Shown here in pieces: positions 36,761 to 47,718 of a stretch of 64,000 nucleotides of DNA. The position numbers and the translations under genes were made by a program. Each line of letters starts with the position of its first letter. Positions within the stretch are counted from its first letter, which is position 1. The DNA is from Moorena sp. SIOASIH (lineage in GTDB: Bacteria > Cyanobacteriota > Cyanobacteriia > Cyanobacteriales > Coleofasciculaceae), in assembly GCF_010671925.1 (NCBI RefSeq), contig NZ_JAAHIH010000001.1:869053-933052 (forward strand). The letters are read 5' to 3'. The notes under the pieces were generated by a model. That model was not told the DNA's origin and did no database searches. It was given only the letters and a program-made list of their open reading frames with translations.

Positions 36761-39345
36761 CAGCTTATATTCAACGGATTAACATCAATAGTCAAGCTAA
36801 TATCTGGAGGACACATATCCTGCAATTCCCGCCAATTCAGTAACCTTGCGGGCACAGTAGGAGGAAACTTCAGCAAAATCTGCCATCGATAGCGACGAGC
36901 AACCCGGATTACACTAGCTGGTGCTGGTCCTAGGATATCGTATTCGGCTTCAGGAGTATCTAAGCTGTCGGCTAAATCCTCCGCTACCTTCTCTACGGCC
37001 ACAGGATCTAATCCACTTATGCGCAACAGAATCAAATCACCATAAGGGGGATAGTTCAGTGCTGCCCGTTGTTCCAATTCGTCCGAGATAAACGACTGAT
37101 AATTATGAGTTTTGACAGCCTGAATCACAGGATGCTCTGGGGAATAAGTTTGAATAATCACCTGACCAGGGTCATCCCCACGACCGGCACGACCTGCCAC
37201 CTGAGTTAAGGTTTGGAATGCCCGCTCGGATGCTCTATAGTCTGACAAATACAGTAGTCCATCTGCTGCTACTACTCCCACCAGTGTGACCTGAGCCAGA
37301 TCTAATCCTTTGGTCAGCATTTGGGTTCCCACCAACAAGTCAGCTTCCCGATTAGCGAATTGAGTTAACAAAGTGCGATGAGCATTCTTGGTACGAGTGG
37401 TATCACTATCAAATCGGATAATTCGCAACTCTGGAAACAGCTTCGCCAAATCTTGAACAACCCGCTGAGTACCACTACCGAAAAATTTCAGGTAGGGAGA
37501 ACTACATTCTGGACAACTACGGGGATGGAGTTGTCCGAAATTGCAATAGTGGCACCGCAATACTTGAGTAGCGCCTTCATGAGTATAGTGATAGGACAAG
37601 GAAACATCACAATTAGGGCATTCCAACACATGACCGCAACTACGACAAGACACAAAAGTACTATGTCCCCTGCGGGGGATAAATAAAATCCCTTGTTTCT
37701 CTTGTTCCTTTAGTCGTCTCAAGCGGTCTTGGAGAGAACGGCTAAAAATCGACCGATTCCCAGCTTGTAACTCCTGCCTCATATCCACAATTTCTACTGG
37801 TGGCAGGGGTCTTGATTGAATCCGTTCCGGTAGGGATAAGTAATGCGTGCTAAGTTCTGGATGCTGAGGAGGTGAACAGGTAAAGGGTTGAACCTCAGGA
37901 GCTGAAGAAGTCAGGGGATTAATTTCATTACCGATTTGACCATCTCTCGCTCCCCCCATCACCTTAAGACTGACCCAGCTTTCCACCGAAGGAGTAGCTG
38001 AACCTAAAATAAGGGGACAATTTTCTAATTCTGCTCGCCACTGGGCAACGGTGCGAGCGTGGTAGGTAGGAATAGGTTGGTCTTGCTTGAAGCTAGAGTC
38101 GTGTTCTTCATCTAAAACGATTAATCCCAACTGGGGCAAAGGGGCAAAAACAGCAGAACGAGTGCCAATCACCACTTGTGGCTCACCTGGGATCATCTGT
38201 CGCCAGGTATCATAGCGCTCCCCTTTATTCAAGGCACTGTGGTAAACCCGAACTTTGTCACCAAAGCGAGCCCGGAAACGGTCAGTAATTTGAGGAGTTA
38301 AACCAATTTCCGGCACCAACACCAAAGCGGATTTCCCTTGCGCTAGGATTGGTGCGATCGCTTGTAGATAGACCTCCGTTTTCCCAGACCCAGTCACCCC
38401 ATGCAACAGCACTTGGGCAAAGCCATCAATATTATTAATCAGGTCTAATGCATGGGATTGCGCATTTGTCAAGTTTTTTGGGGCATCTGTAGCCATGGTT
38501 GGTGAAGTAGCACTGCGCAATACTTCCCTAGGCTCAATCACCACATATCCCTTATCTTCCCATGAACTTATAGTTGAGGAACTAACATTACAAATTTGTG
38601 ATAGTTCACTCAACCACAAATCCCCCCCACGACGGCGTAGCACCTCCAATACTTCCCGTTGCCGTCGAGTCAGATCAGACCGATTGAGATTAGCCACCAG
38701 AGTCACAGCTTTCTTCAGCTTAGGACGAGTTGGCTTAGGAGCTTCCAGATAACTTTCCACCCAACCTCGCTTGAGCAGATGACGTAATCCTGCTTTAGCC
38801 CCCTTTACCTGACGTTGGAGGTATTGCCAGCTGTAATCCCCATGGGGTTTAGCCTGGAGAATCTCCAAAATCTTACTTGCGGCTGAATTATTGACGAAGA
38901 CATGAGCCTCTTTAGGCAAAACCGAGGAATTGAGGCGAATTCGACGCTGCGATCGCCCCAACAGTCCCGGAGGTAAAGCAGACCGAATCACTTGGATTAG
39001 AGGGGTGCAGTAGTACTGAGCCACCCGCTCTAACAGTTGGCAGTAGGAACTTGGAAAGAAACCGGGACTGATCACCTCCTCTACGTCCTTAATTTTCTCC
39101 AGTGGTAAGTTTGGGGGTGGAGAGTCTACAATCCGAATAGCGATCGCTCCTAGCTGTTGAGTCCCGAATGACACACTCAGAACATCTCCAGGATTGATTG
39201 AAACATCCAATGGATTACGATAAGTATATATACCTTGAACTCCTGGACAATCTACTAGGACTTCAACCCACTTTTCTTGGCCACCACCAGAAAAGTAAAG
39301 TGCTCTAGGCTCAGCTAACAGTAGACCTAAAGGAGGATTAGACAT
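36760..39345 (-). CDS. priA: primosomal protein N' (replication restart helicase PriA)
   Basis: Walker A LLHGVTGSGKTEVYL, DExH VLDEEHDSS, Cys4-Cys4 zinc-binding region (CRSCGHVLECPNCD...CHYCNF), helicase C motifs. Confidence 0.85.
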   Translation of the reverse strand: MSNPPLGLLLAEPRALYFSGGGQEKWVEVLVDCPGVQGIYTYRNPLDVSINPGDVLSVSFGTQQLGAIAIRIVDSPPPNLPLEKIKDVEEVISPGFFPSSYCQLLERVAQYYCTPLIQVIRSALPPGLLGRSQRRIRLNSSVLPKEAHVFVNNSAASKILEILQAKPHGDYSWQYLQRQVKGAKAGLRHLLKRGWVESYLEAPKPTRPKLKKAVTLVANLNRSDLTRRQREVLEVLRRRGGDLWLSELSQICNVSSSTISSWEDKGYVVIEPREVLRSATSPTMATDAPKNLTNAQSHALDLINNIDGFAQVLLHGVTGSGKTEVYLQAIAPILAQGKSALVLVPEIGLTPQITDRFRARFGDKVRVYHSALNKGERYDTWRQMIPGEPQVVIGTRSAVFAPLPQLGLIVLDEEHDSSFKQDQPIPTYHARTVAQWRAELENCPLILGSATPSVESWVSLKVMGGARDGQIGNEINPLTSSAPEVQPFTCSPPQHPELSTHYLSLPERIQSRPLPPVEIVDMRQELQAGNRSIFSRSLQDRLRRLKEQEKQGILFIPRRGHSTFVSCRSCGHVLECPNCDVSLSYHYTHEGATQVLRCHYCNFGQLHPRSCPECSSPYLKFFGSGTQRVVQDLAKLFPELRIIRFDSDTTRTKNAHRTLLTQFANREADLLVGTQMLTKGLDLAQVTLVGVVAADGLLYLSDYRASERAFQTLTQVAGRAGRGDDPGQVIIQTYSPEHPVIQAVKTHNYQSFISDELEQRAALNYPPYGDLILLRISGLDPVAVEKVAEDLADSLDTPEAEYDILGPAPASVIRVARRYRWQILLKFPPTVPARLLNWRELQDMCPPDISLTIDVNPLNIS

Positions 39346-39814
39346 AGGGCAGCTTTGGTTTGGGAAGGCTCCTATTCTATCACTATTGATAGATAGGAAA
39401 ATTTTAAAATATGTGAGATCCTGTTTCCAGAGTCAAAATAAATAATAAAAGCAATGGCAAGAGAATTATCTCTCCTGCTTTCACCCTAGAGTGTAACTAA
39501 AATATATGTAATTAAACATTTCGTAATTACAGATACAATTAGCCAAACTGCTTCTGGTAAGCTTAAAATCATTAATTTATAATCACGTCAATCACACATC
39601 AACTACTTGAAGCAGGTTGGGTCACTGAGCTTTGAGGGTATGGAGCGTGTTTTAGCTGCTCTGTCTAGAGTATTAACTTCTTTGTGAAACCAGCAACATC
39701 AATTTTTGATAATAGACTTCTCATTAACGGCCAATTTTCAGCAACAGACAGCCTCAATCCCTCAAGGCAAGGGTTTTAACAAACTTAAAATACACTTGCA
39801 AATCACACATCCCT

Positions 39815-40936
39815 ATGAATATTACAGAATTAAACCACACTCATACAATGCCGTCTACGGAAGAGAAGGATTTTTATGTTACTGACCACATTGAGCCAGA
39901 GGAAACAGATTTACAGCGTGTAGCGGTCGAATTCACCGAAGACGATGAACTAGTGGTCTCTACTTCCCATAATTTCCGGAAAAGCGGCTCTGATGACACA
40001 GTGGGTGCGTTCTTTAAGGAGATGGCTCGTTACCCATTGCTCAAGCCAGACGAAGAAGTAGATTTAGCCCGTCGGGTTAAGTTCCTAGTAGAAATCGACC
40101 AACTCCGGAACGGCTTACAGGAAAAATTAGACCGTAAACCAACCAAGGCGGAGGTAGCTACAGCGGTCGAGATGACAGAACGTCAGTTGGAGGGGAATTT
40201 ATATCGCGGTCGTGTGGCAAAACGCAAGATGATTCGCTCGAACTTGCGCTTAGTGGTTTCAATTGCTAAACGATATATTAATCGCGGTGTACCATTTCTA
40301 GATTTGATTCAAGAAGGTGCCTTGGGCTTAAACCGAGCAGCAGAAAAGTTTGACCCAGATAAGGGTTACAAGTTTTCTACCTATGCTTATTGGTGGATTC
40401 GTCAAGCGATTACTCGTACTATTGCCAATGATGCCCGAACTATTCGTCTACCAATCCACATTGTAGAAAAGCTCAATAAACTTAAAAAAGCTCAGCGGGA
40501 ACTTAAACAACAACTGCAGCGCAATCCTAATGAAATAGAACTTGCTCAAGCGCTAGAAATTTCTCCCTCCCATTTGCGTCAGTTACTAGAATTGCGTAGG
40601 CGCTCCCTTTCTTTGAATCACAGAGTCGGTAAAGGGGAAGACACAGAACTGATGGATTTACTCGAAGACAATGATCTACGATTGCCCGAAGATAAGATGA
40701 ATGAATCCATGATGCGCCAGGAGATTTGGGAAGTTCTCAGTGATGTTCTGACTGAGCGGGAAAAAGATGTGATTTCTCTACGCTATGGTTTAGCCAGCAG
40801 TGAACCCTACACCCTAGAAGAAGTAGGAGGCATGTTCAATCTCTCTCGGGAACGGGTGCGTCAGATTCAAAGCAAAGCAATGCGTAAGCTACGCCGTCCC
40901 CAAGTGGCTCGACGGCTTAGAGACTGGTTGACCTAG
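39815..40936 (+). CDS. RNA polymerase sigma factor, sigma-70 family group 2
   Basis: Regions 2-4 present: FLDLIQEGALGLNRAAEKFDPDKGYKFSTYAYWWIRQAITR and an HTH near the C-terminus (LEEVGGMFNLSRERVRQIQSKAMRKLR). Confidence 0.85.
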   Translation: MNITELNHTHTMPSTEEKDFYVTDHIEPEETDLQRVAVEFTEDDELVVSTSHNFRKSGSDDTVGAFFKEMARYPLLKPDEEVDLARRVKFLVEIDQLRNGLQEKLDRKPTKAEVATAVEMTERQLEGNLYRGRVAKRKMIRSNLRLVVSIAKRYINRGVPFLDLIQEGALGLNRAAEKFDPDKGYKFSTYAYWWIRQAITRTIANDARTIRLPIHIVEKLNKLKKAQRELKQQLQRNPNEIELAQALEISPSHLRQLLELRRRSLSLNHRVGKGEDTELMDLLEDNDLRLPEDKMNESMMRQEIWEVLSDVLTEREKDVISLRYGLASSEPYTLEEVGGMFNLSRERVRQIQSKAMRKLRRPQVARRLRDWLT

Positions 40937-40977
40937 TGCAGTAGGTCTTAGGTCAGCTCGTGACTCCTGGATAAAGG

Positions 40978-41215
40978 GTAAGCTATCAGCTATCAGCTAT
41001 CAGCTATCAGCTATCAGCTATCAGCTATCAGCGCTGTAGCCACGCTACCGGAACAGTTTATGCCCATAACCAAAGCTACACCGAACAGCTTTTGAATAAA
41101 ATAAACTGACGGCTGATGAATAAAATAAGCTGACGGCTGACGGCTGACGGCTGTTGGCGTAGCCTGCGCGTAGCGCATATGCTTACGATAAAGGTTATGT
41201 CGAAATCAGGTAATT
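40978..41215. mobile_element. MITE-like element (AGCTATC array + inverted copy of the conserved CTGTTCGGTGTAGC...AATAAAATAA block + GCTGACG array)
   Basis: Reverse complement of the internal block found at 23380-23420 and 24760-24800. Confidence 0.65.
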
Positions 41216-41297
41216 CCAGTTAATTAGTTACCCATTACCCAAGAAGGTATATGATAATTAATCAAATTGTCTTTTTGATTGTCCCTTTGCCAGCACT

Positions 41298-41801
41298 ATG
41301 GGTAACTTTACCTTAAGACCAGCCACAGAAGCTGATGTAGCGATTCTGTTTAATTTAATTAAGGCTCTAGCAGAGTATGAGAAACTCTCCGACGCTGTAA
41401 CTGGTAATGCTGATGACCTGAAAGAACACCTGTTCGGCCCTAAACCCTATGTAGAAGCGATTATCGTTGAACAGGGTGGTCAAAAAGTGGGATTTGCACT
41501 GTTTTTTAACAACTATTCCACATTTCTAACTAAGCCGGGAATTTATCTAGAAGATTTATTTGTATTACCGGAATTTCGCCGCCAAGGTATCGGTAAAGCC
41601 ATACTCAGTTACCTGGCTCAGCTAGCAGTGGAGCGTGGCTATGGGCGTTTAGAATGGAGTGTACTGGATTGGAATGAACCTGCGATCGCATTTTATGAAC
41701 GTATGGGAGCAGCAGTATTGCCAGACTGGAGAATTTGTCGAGTTACTGGAACGGCTCTCAATCAGCTAGCTGAGTTTACCGATCCAGCTTCGACTGACTA
41801 A
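41298..41801 (+). CDS. GNAT family N-acetyltransferase
   Basis: Acetyl-CoA binding motif RRQGIGKAIL. ~165 aa. Confidence 0.8.
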   Translation: MGNFTLRPATEADVAILFNLIKALAEYEKLSDAVTGNADDLKEHLFGPKPYVEAIIVEQGGQKVGFALFFNNYSTFLTKPGIYLEDLFVLPEFRRQGIGKAILSYLAQLAVERGYGRLEWSVLDWNEPAIAFYERMGAAVLPDWRICRVTGTALNQLAEFTDPASTD

Positions 41802-41922
41802 TGTTGCTCAAATGCTATACTACGATGTATATACAGCTGCGATCCTAAACGCCTAGTTGCAGGTGAACTGCAAAAAGGACATAGGGTAAATCACATCTTG
41901 GTTTATATTAAAATAATCACTA

Positions 41923-42129
41923 ATGACTATTTGGGTAAACGAGCAGATTGATCCATCAGGTCTTCTATACTCTTGTATTGCTACATGCAACGAAGAGCAG
42001 GCTAGGGATTGCCACGAGTCGTTTCAGAACAACTTGACTGATCAGCAAAAAGCAGCGGGTTGGGTTGCCCGATTACGCACAGTTAATTCTTGGGATGAAG
42101 TGCCCGTGAATACCTTGAAACTTAATTAG
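41923..42129 (+). CDS. small hypothetical protein
   Basis: 68-aa ORF. No motif. Confidence 0.3.
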   Translation: MTIWVNEQIDPSGLLYSCIATCNEEQARDCHESFQNNLTDQQKAAGWVARLRTVNSWDEVPVNTLKLN

Positions 42130-42650
42130 AATGTAGAATGAAGAATTAAGAATCAAGAATTGAGAATTGAGAATCAAGAATTGAGAATTGAGAATCAAGA
42201 ATTGAGAATTAAGAATTAAGAATTAAGAATTAAGAATTAAGAATTAAGAATTAAGAATTAAGAATTAAGAATTAAGAATTAAGAATTAAGAATTAAGAAT
42301 TAAGAATTAAGAATTAAGAATTAAGAATTAAGAATTGAGAATGAAGAATTAAGAATTGAGAATGAAGAATGAAGAATGAAGAATTAAGAATTAAGAATTA
42401 AGAATTAAGAATTGAGAATTCTGCCTTCTACATTCTACATTCTACATTCTGCATTCATTCTACATTCTGCATTCATTCTACATTCTACATTCTACATTGT
42501 ACATTCTACATTGTACATTCTACATTCTTCATTCTTCATTCTTCATTCTTCATTCTTCATTCTTCATTCATTCTTCATTCTTCATTCATTCTTCATTCTA
42601 CATTCTTAATTCTTCATTCTTCATTCTTCATACTGACCTTCTAAGCCCAA
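42130..42650. repeat. inverted heptamer arrays (AAGAATT / GAGAATT ... then CATTCTA / CATTCTT)
   Basis: Direct reading. The arms are partially complementary. Confidence 0.9.
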
Positions 42651-42653
42651 GAT

Positions 42654-43718
42654 CTATTTGGGCTTTGGCAGTCGTAGCAAATTGGAACGGATTGGACCAA
42701 GAATCTGGTTTAGCTCACGCAATTGATCAGCTGTCCCCATACAAATCAGTAGGTCTCCTGGTATGAGTTTAGTGTCACCGTCTGGTCCAGCAATCAGACG
42801 ACCGGAATCCCGGCGAATTGCTAGGACCATAGCACCAGTTTGCGATCGCAGTCGGGCATCCCTGAGGGTTTTGCCCACGCAAGGACAGGTTTCCGGGTCT
42901 AGCAGAAACTCTTCCATATAAAAAGACCGATCAGTTCCGGTTAGAATCCCATCCACAAAATCCATGACTTGGGGTCTAAGGGCTGCAGCTGCCAAGCGTC
43001 TACCACCAGTAATGTAGGGAGAGACTACAGCATCTGCACCAGCTCGCTGCAACTTTTGAACAGCTTCTTCGGTGCTAGCACGAGCGATGGCTCGAATTTT
43101 GGGATTGAGAGTTTTGGCAGACAAGATAATATAGAGATTTTCGGCATCTGAGGGCAGGGCAGCCACCAGACAAATTGCCCGTTCAATCCCCACATTTAGC
43201 AAAGTTTCATCCAAGGTGGCATCTCCTTGTACAGAAATACAACCCATTTCCTGGACAGCCTGAACCTGTTCCAATCGGGAGTCAATTGTTACAAATGGAA
43301 TTCCCTCAGCCTTAAATTCCAGAGCAATCTGACGCCCAGTCCGTCCAAACCCACACAAAATGTAGTGTTTCGTCAAACTATCTAGCAAGCGCTTCTGTTG
43401 CCTCATGCGAATTCCATCTTGAAAGTAGCCTTGAATTAGGGCTTCTGTAAACCGGTTAACAATGTAACCGATACTAATAATGCCCATAAAAATCAGAGAA
43501 ATGCTGAATAGTCTTGCCCGATCTCCCATTGGCCGTACTTCTTGATAGCCCACTGTCGAAAGGGTGATTACCGTCATGTAGGCTGAATCCAACCAGCCCC
43601 AGCCTTCAACCACCCGATACCACAGAGTTCCAAGCAGAAATACACCCCCGAGAGTGATCCCACCGGCAATCAGCTCTTGGCGAAGACGTCGATATTTTTG
43701 CTCAAGGGTTGAATACAC
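42654..43718 (-). CDS. potassium channel protein with RCK (TrkA-N/TrkA-C) domains
   Basis: 2-TM pore with selectivity-like TLSTVGYQE. Rossmann GFGRTGRQIA and a TrkA-C domain. Confidence 0.8.
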   Translation of the reverse strand: MYSTLEQKYRRLRQELIAGGITLGGVFLLGTLWYRVVEGWGWLDSAYMTVITLSTVGYQEVRPMGDRARLFSISLIFMGIISIGYIVNRFTEALIQGYFQDGIRMRQQKRLLDSLTKHYILCGFGRTGRQIALEFKAEGIPFVTIDSRLEQVQAVQEMGCISVQGDATLDETLLNVGIERAICLVAALPSDAENLYIILSAKTLNPKIRAIARASTEEAVQKLQRAGADAVVSPYITGGRRLAAAALRPQVMDFVDGILTGTDRSFYMEEFLLDPETCPCVGKTLRDARLRSQTGAMVLAIRRDSGRLIAGPDGDTKLIPGDLLICMGTADQLRELNQILGPIRSNLLRLPKPK

Positions 43719-43839
43719 CGTTGCTTGTCATGGGTTAACTTAACTTAATACCTAGAGAAAATTCCGGTCAAACTGGCAACACCGACAGATGACAGTGGTT
43801 TTTAATATTACATATATGAATATGATTAAGTGTATTGGT

Positions 43840-44140
43840 TTGCTATCGGTATAGTTCACAAATATAGTTGACAGATATAGTTCACAAATATAGTTCACAA
43901 ATATAGTTCACAAATATAGTTTACATATATAGTTCACAAATATAGTTCACAAATATAATATAGTTTACAAATATAGTTCACATATATATAGTTCACATAT
44001 ATAATATAGTTCACAAATATAGTTCACAGATATATAGTTCACAGATCTAGTTCACAAATATAATATATAGTTCACAGATCTAGTTCACAGATCTAGTTCA
44101 CAGATATATAGTTCACAGATCTAGTTCACAGATCTAGTAA
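43840..44140. repeat. tandem 13-mer array (TAGTTCACAAATA and variants, ~22 units)
   Basis: Direct reading. Contiguous units with no spacers. Confidence 0.9.
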
Positions 44141-44145
44141 AGTGT

Positions 44146-44721
44146 TCAAGACATATGAAACCAGGCGGTCAATGCTACGGCCAAGGCATCTGCTAAATCA
44201 TCTGGTTTGGGGATGGTGTCTAAGTTTAACTCCCGCATAACAGCCTGCTGAACCTCATATTTATCCGCATTACCATATCCTGTCAAAGCCTGTTTAATCT
44301 GACCCGGTGTAAACTCTACCATTGGAACTTCATGTTGTGCTGTTACTAACACCACAACACCCCGTGCCTGAGCTACGGAGATCGTAGTACTCATACGGTA
44401 GAAAAAAAGTTTTTCAATCGCCACCAGATCCGGTTGGCAGTGTTCCAGCAGGGTGTGTAAATCCTCGTAAATCGTACACAGTCGTGAGCCGTAATCAGTC
44501 TTGGCAGGGGTTTGGATGATGCCAAAATCTAGCAACTGCAATGGTTCAGGGGTTGCCTGTATTGGTGACTGGCTAGAACGCTTTGCCACTCCTAAGGAGC
44601 TTTTTGTGTTTCCTGACTTACTAATTTGGGTTGTTTGGCAACTAATTGCCCCAAAACCTAAAATAGCTAGTCCTGGGTCAATTCCCAAAATTCGCTTTTC
44701 CATCTGCCTCACTGCAGTCAA
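44146..44721 (-). CDS. ruvC: crossover junction endodeoxyribonuclease RuvC
   Basis: [17 protein letters not shown]-terminus and downstream catalytic Asp/Glu pattern. Length includes the cyanobacterial insertion. Confidence 0.8.
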   Translation of the reverse strand: MTAVRQMEKRILGIDPGLAILGFGAISCQTTQISKSGNTKSSLGVAKRSSQSPIQATPEPLQLLDFGIIQTPAKTDYGSRLCTIYEDLHTLLEHCQPDLVAIEKLFFYRMSTTISVAQARGVVVLVTAQHEVPMVEFTPGQIKQALTGYGNADKYEVQQAVMRELNLDTIPKPDDLADALAVALTAWFHMS

Positions 44722-45318
44722 TCCCTGTCCAGTCTAATAACTAGATTAGATTAATGGTGTTAGTGCTATCATCCCTAATCCCTAGTGCTATCATCCCTAA
44801 TCCCTAGTGCTATCATCCCTAGTACCTAGGCAAGCGTTCCCCATTAAGTCATGAGCTGTAAGCAGCTACACTTGTCACAGGAATCACAAAAGTCTGGTGT
44901 AGCTGACTAATTGGGATTATTCTCTTTCACCCCGTATTTTTTGGGGTTACGCGACTACTCTCATACCCTAAATGGGAACTCAACCGACCTCACCGCTTTC
45001 CGCATATCGACGGGTAAATTCTGATCATAACGTCTAGGTACCGGATATTGTATTAATCACACCTTAGCCTAATTATCTGAAACTGTCGTGATCAGTACCA
45101 GCTTCATGGTGAATTCACCATTGAGGTGCGACCCAAGGGCGCGAGCAATCCCTCGCGCCCTTGGAGGCGCGCACTTTGATCAGTAATATCAATGAAAACC
45201 GCTATACCTGAAAGGTGAGCGGCTGTCTGAATCAAGCGCTTTTCACACGAATGTTTGATTAGGCGAAGAAAGTACCAATCTGACAGGCACTTCCGGAGCC
45301 TTACCCGTTCCTCACTAC

Positions 45319-46767
45319 ATGCATCGCCTCCTTGTCAAGTGCTGGAGTTCGACCAGCCATGTCTATCCGGCTTTTGTAGTTACCATACTCAGTGTAGTTA
45401 TGTCCTCAATCAGTCTTTTCAAAAGAGCTCTACGTACCCTACAAAATGAATCGAGAGGTCGAATTCCTCAGCGGGTCAACCGTTGGTTTAAGTGGTTAGC
45501 CCCTGGATTACTGGTGAAGCGTTGGATACTTTTAAGTGCTGGTGGTGTAGTGCTAACAAGTTTGGGATTAGCGATTTGGGTAAAGCTGACCCCAGTTTTT
45601 TACATCATTAAATTCACAGCCCAAGTTTTAGAGAAAATTACCACCATTATTCCTAACCATGTGTCTGGTCCAATTGCGCTGATCTTGGGTCTGGTTTTCA
45701 TCTTCTGGGGGCAAACCCGGACGGTAGGTTCAATTACGGAAGTTTTAAAACCCGACCACGATCGAAAACTGATTGATGTGCTGATGGATCATCGTCGGTT
45801 AAACCGGGGACCGAAAATTGTAGTAGTTGGCGGTGGCACTGGTCTTTCTAGCTTACTTAGAGGACTAAAGGTTTATAGTGCTAATATCACTGCTATTGTT
45901 ACGGTAGCTGATGATGGCGGTTCCAGTGGACGGCTGCGACGGGAAATTGGAGTGCTACCACCGGGGGATATTCGTCACTGTTTAACGGCACTGGCAGACC
46001 AAGAAAAGTTGTTAACCGAACTGTTTGAATACCGTTTTCGAGCTGGTAGTGGTTTAGTCGGTCACAGTTTTGGAAACCTCTTCCTGACCGCAATGAGTGA
46101 TATTACTGGCGATCTAGAACAAGCTGTTGCTGCTAGTTCTCAGGTATTAGCAGTGCGAGGAAGAGTGTTGCCAGCTACCCTAACTGATGTCAGCCTTTGG
46201 GCTGAATTAGCTGATGGACGTCGCATCGAAGGAGAGTCTAATATTACTGATGCTCGGGGAGTGATCAAAAAAATTGGTTGTACTCCCGAACATCCACCTG
46301 CTTTACCAGCAGCACTCAAGGCAATTCAGGAAGCAGATTATATTATAATAGGACCCGGTAGCCTCTATACCAGCATTATTCCCAATCTGTTGGTGCCAGA
46401 AATTACCGATGCGATCGCAGCTTGCTTGATACCCCGCATCTACGTTTGTAATATCATGACCCAGCCAGGGGAAACCGATGGATATAGTGTCTCTGACCAT
46501 ATAAAAGCCATTGATAAAGCCTGTGGTAAAAGGCTATTTAACGCGGTACTTGTGAATCGAAAATACCCCTCAGCTGGGTCACTGATTAAGTATGCTCAAG
46601 TTAAGTCTCATCCAGTATTTCTAGATCGAGAAGAAACTTCTAAATTAGGGCGTCGGATTGTAGTGACCAATGTAATGTATGAAGATGAGGAAACTCATTT
46701 AGTGCGGCACAATTCTGAAAGGCTGGCACGGGTTTTATTACGGTGGTATAGTCGAGCACATGCTTAG
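45319..46767 (+). CDS. YvcK/CofD-like (UPF0052, gluconeogenesis factor family) with N-terminal membrane extension
   Basis: [18 protein letters not shown]...[14 protein letters not shown] motif block. Confidence 0.8.
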   Translation: MHRLLVKCWSSTSHVYPAFVVTILSVVMSSISLFKRALRTLQNESRGRIPQRVNRWFKWLAPGLLVKRWILLSAGGVVLTSLGLAIWVKLTPVFYIIKFTAQVLEKITTIIPNHVSGPIALILGLVFIFWGQTRTVGSITEVLKPDHDRKLIDVLMDHRRLNRGPKIVVVGGGTGLSSLLRGLKVYSANITAIVTVADDGGSSGRLRREIGVLPPGDIRHCLTALADQEKLLTELFEYRFRAGSGLVGHSFGNLFLTAMSDITGDLEQAVAASSQVLAVRGRVLPATLTDVSLWAELADGRRIEGESNITDARGVIKKIGCTPEHPPALPAALKAIQEADYIIIGPGSLYTSIIPNLLVPEITDAIAACLIPRIYVCNIMTQPGETDGYSVSDHIKAIDKACGKRLFNAVLVNRKYPSAGSLIKYAQVKSHPVFLDREETSKLGRRIVVTNVMYEDEETHLVRHNSERLARVLLRWYSRAHA

Positions 46768-46864
46768 ATAACGCGAGTCCGAGGAAAATTTTTAAAGGAA
46801 AAGAAAAGCTGAGATATTAACTCAGAATAACCATAATTCGAGGTACTCTATTGCTAAATAACTA

Positions 46865-47359
46865 ATGACCAAAATTTTTCTAGCTGATGCTAAAGCAACG
46901 CGATCGCTAGGTGTGGAATTGGGGAAGTCTCTCCCAGCTAGTAGCATCATTTTGCTGGAGGGAGACTTAGGGGCTGGCAAAACAACCCTAGTTCAGGGTA
47001 TTGGTGAGGGACTAGGCATTACTGATGCCATTGTTAGTCCCACCTTTACTCTGATCAATGAGTACACAGAGGGACGTATCCCCCTGTATCACCTCGATTT
47101 GTACCGCTTATCCACCTCAGAAGTAGAGTCATTAAACCCAGAACACTACTGGGAGGAAATTGAGGTGGCTCCGGGAATTGTCGCAATCGAGTGGGCTGAA
47201 CGTCTACACTATTTGCCACCCAGTTATCTACATCTGACACTAACCTATTCCCAGGACGGTGGACGTCAGGCTCAATTCACCTGTAACGGTAAGTTTGATT
47301 TAACTTGGCTGTTGGATAGGTTATCTGGTTGTTCGCCCTTGGCGTCGAGTGTAGAGTAG
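46865..47359 (+). CDS. tsaE: tRNA threonylcarbamoyladenosine biosynthesis ATPase TsaE
   Basis: LEGDLGAGKTTLVQGI Walker A, SPTFTLINEY, DLYRL motifs. Confidence 0.8.
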   Translation: MTKIFLADAKATRSLGVELGKSLPASSIILLEGDLGAGKTTLVQGIGEGLGITDAIVSPTFTLINEYTEGRIPLYHLDLYRLSTSEVESLNPEHYWEEIEVAPGIVAIEWAERLHYLPPSYLHLTLTYSQDGGRQAQFTCNGKFDLTWLLDRLSGCSPLASSVE

Positions 47360-47718
47360 GTTAAAGGTTAGTGGGATTGAGGTTGCCTGTTTGATAAGTT
47401 AGAAGGTTTAAGGTTGAACGCGATCGCGTGGCCGAAAGGCCAAGGTTAGAAAAGTTTAAGGTTAAGTACCTCGACATAAATTCCGTTAAGTGTGTTAACT
47501 TGATTAGAATTGCTCAACCCCTTTCTGTTACCTGATCCGAAGTTCCCTATTTCCTGATATCAACAGTCAACTTTAATTTTTTCCCACTTCCGCTTAAATC
47601 CGATATAGTACTACGCATTAAGGTAAGGTTAGGACATTGATAAAAGTTGAAAAGCTAATGCACGTCAACTTTTGCCTCTTGCCTCTTGCCTCTTGCCTTG
47701 CGCGTAGCCCTATAGTGC

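Noticed and set aside
36403-36843. 146-aa ORF (FNFELSTLNF...)
   Set aside because: Artefact of the CAACTTT/CAACCTT heptamer arrays.
42412-42766. ORFs encoding ILHSAF/FFILHS repeats
   Set aside because: Artefact of the CATTCTA/CATTCTT arrays.
43840-44140. Possible CRISPR array
   Set aside because: Units are contiguous 13-mers with no unique spacers. No cas genes are nearby.
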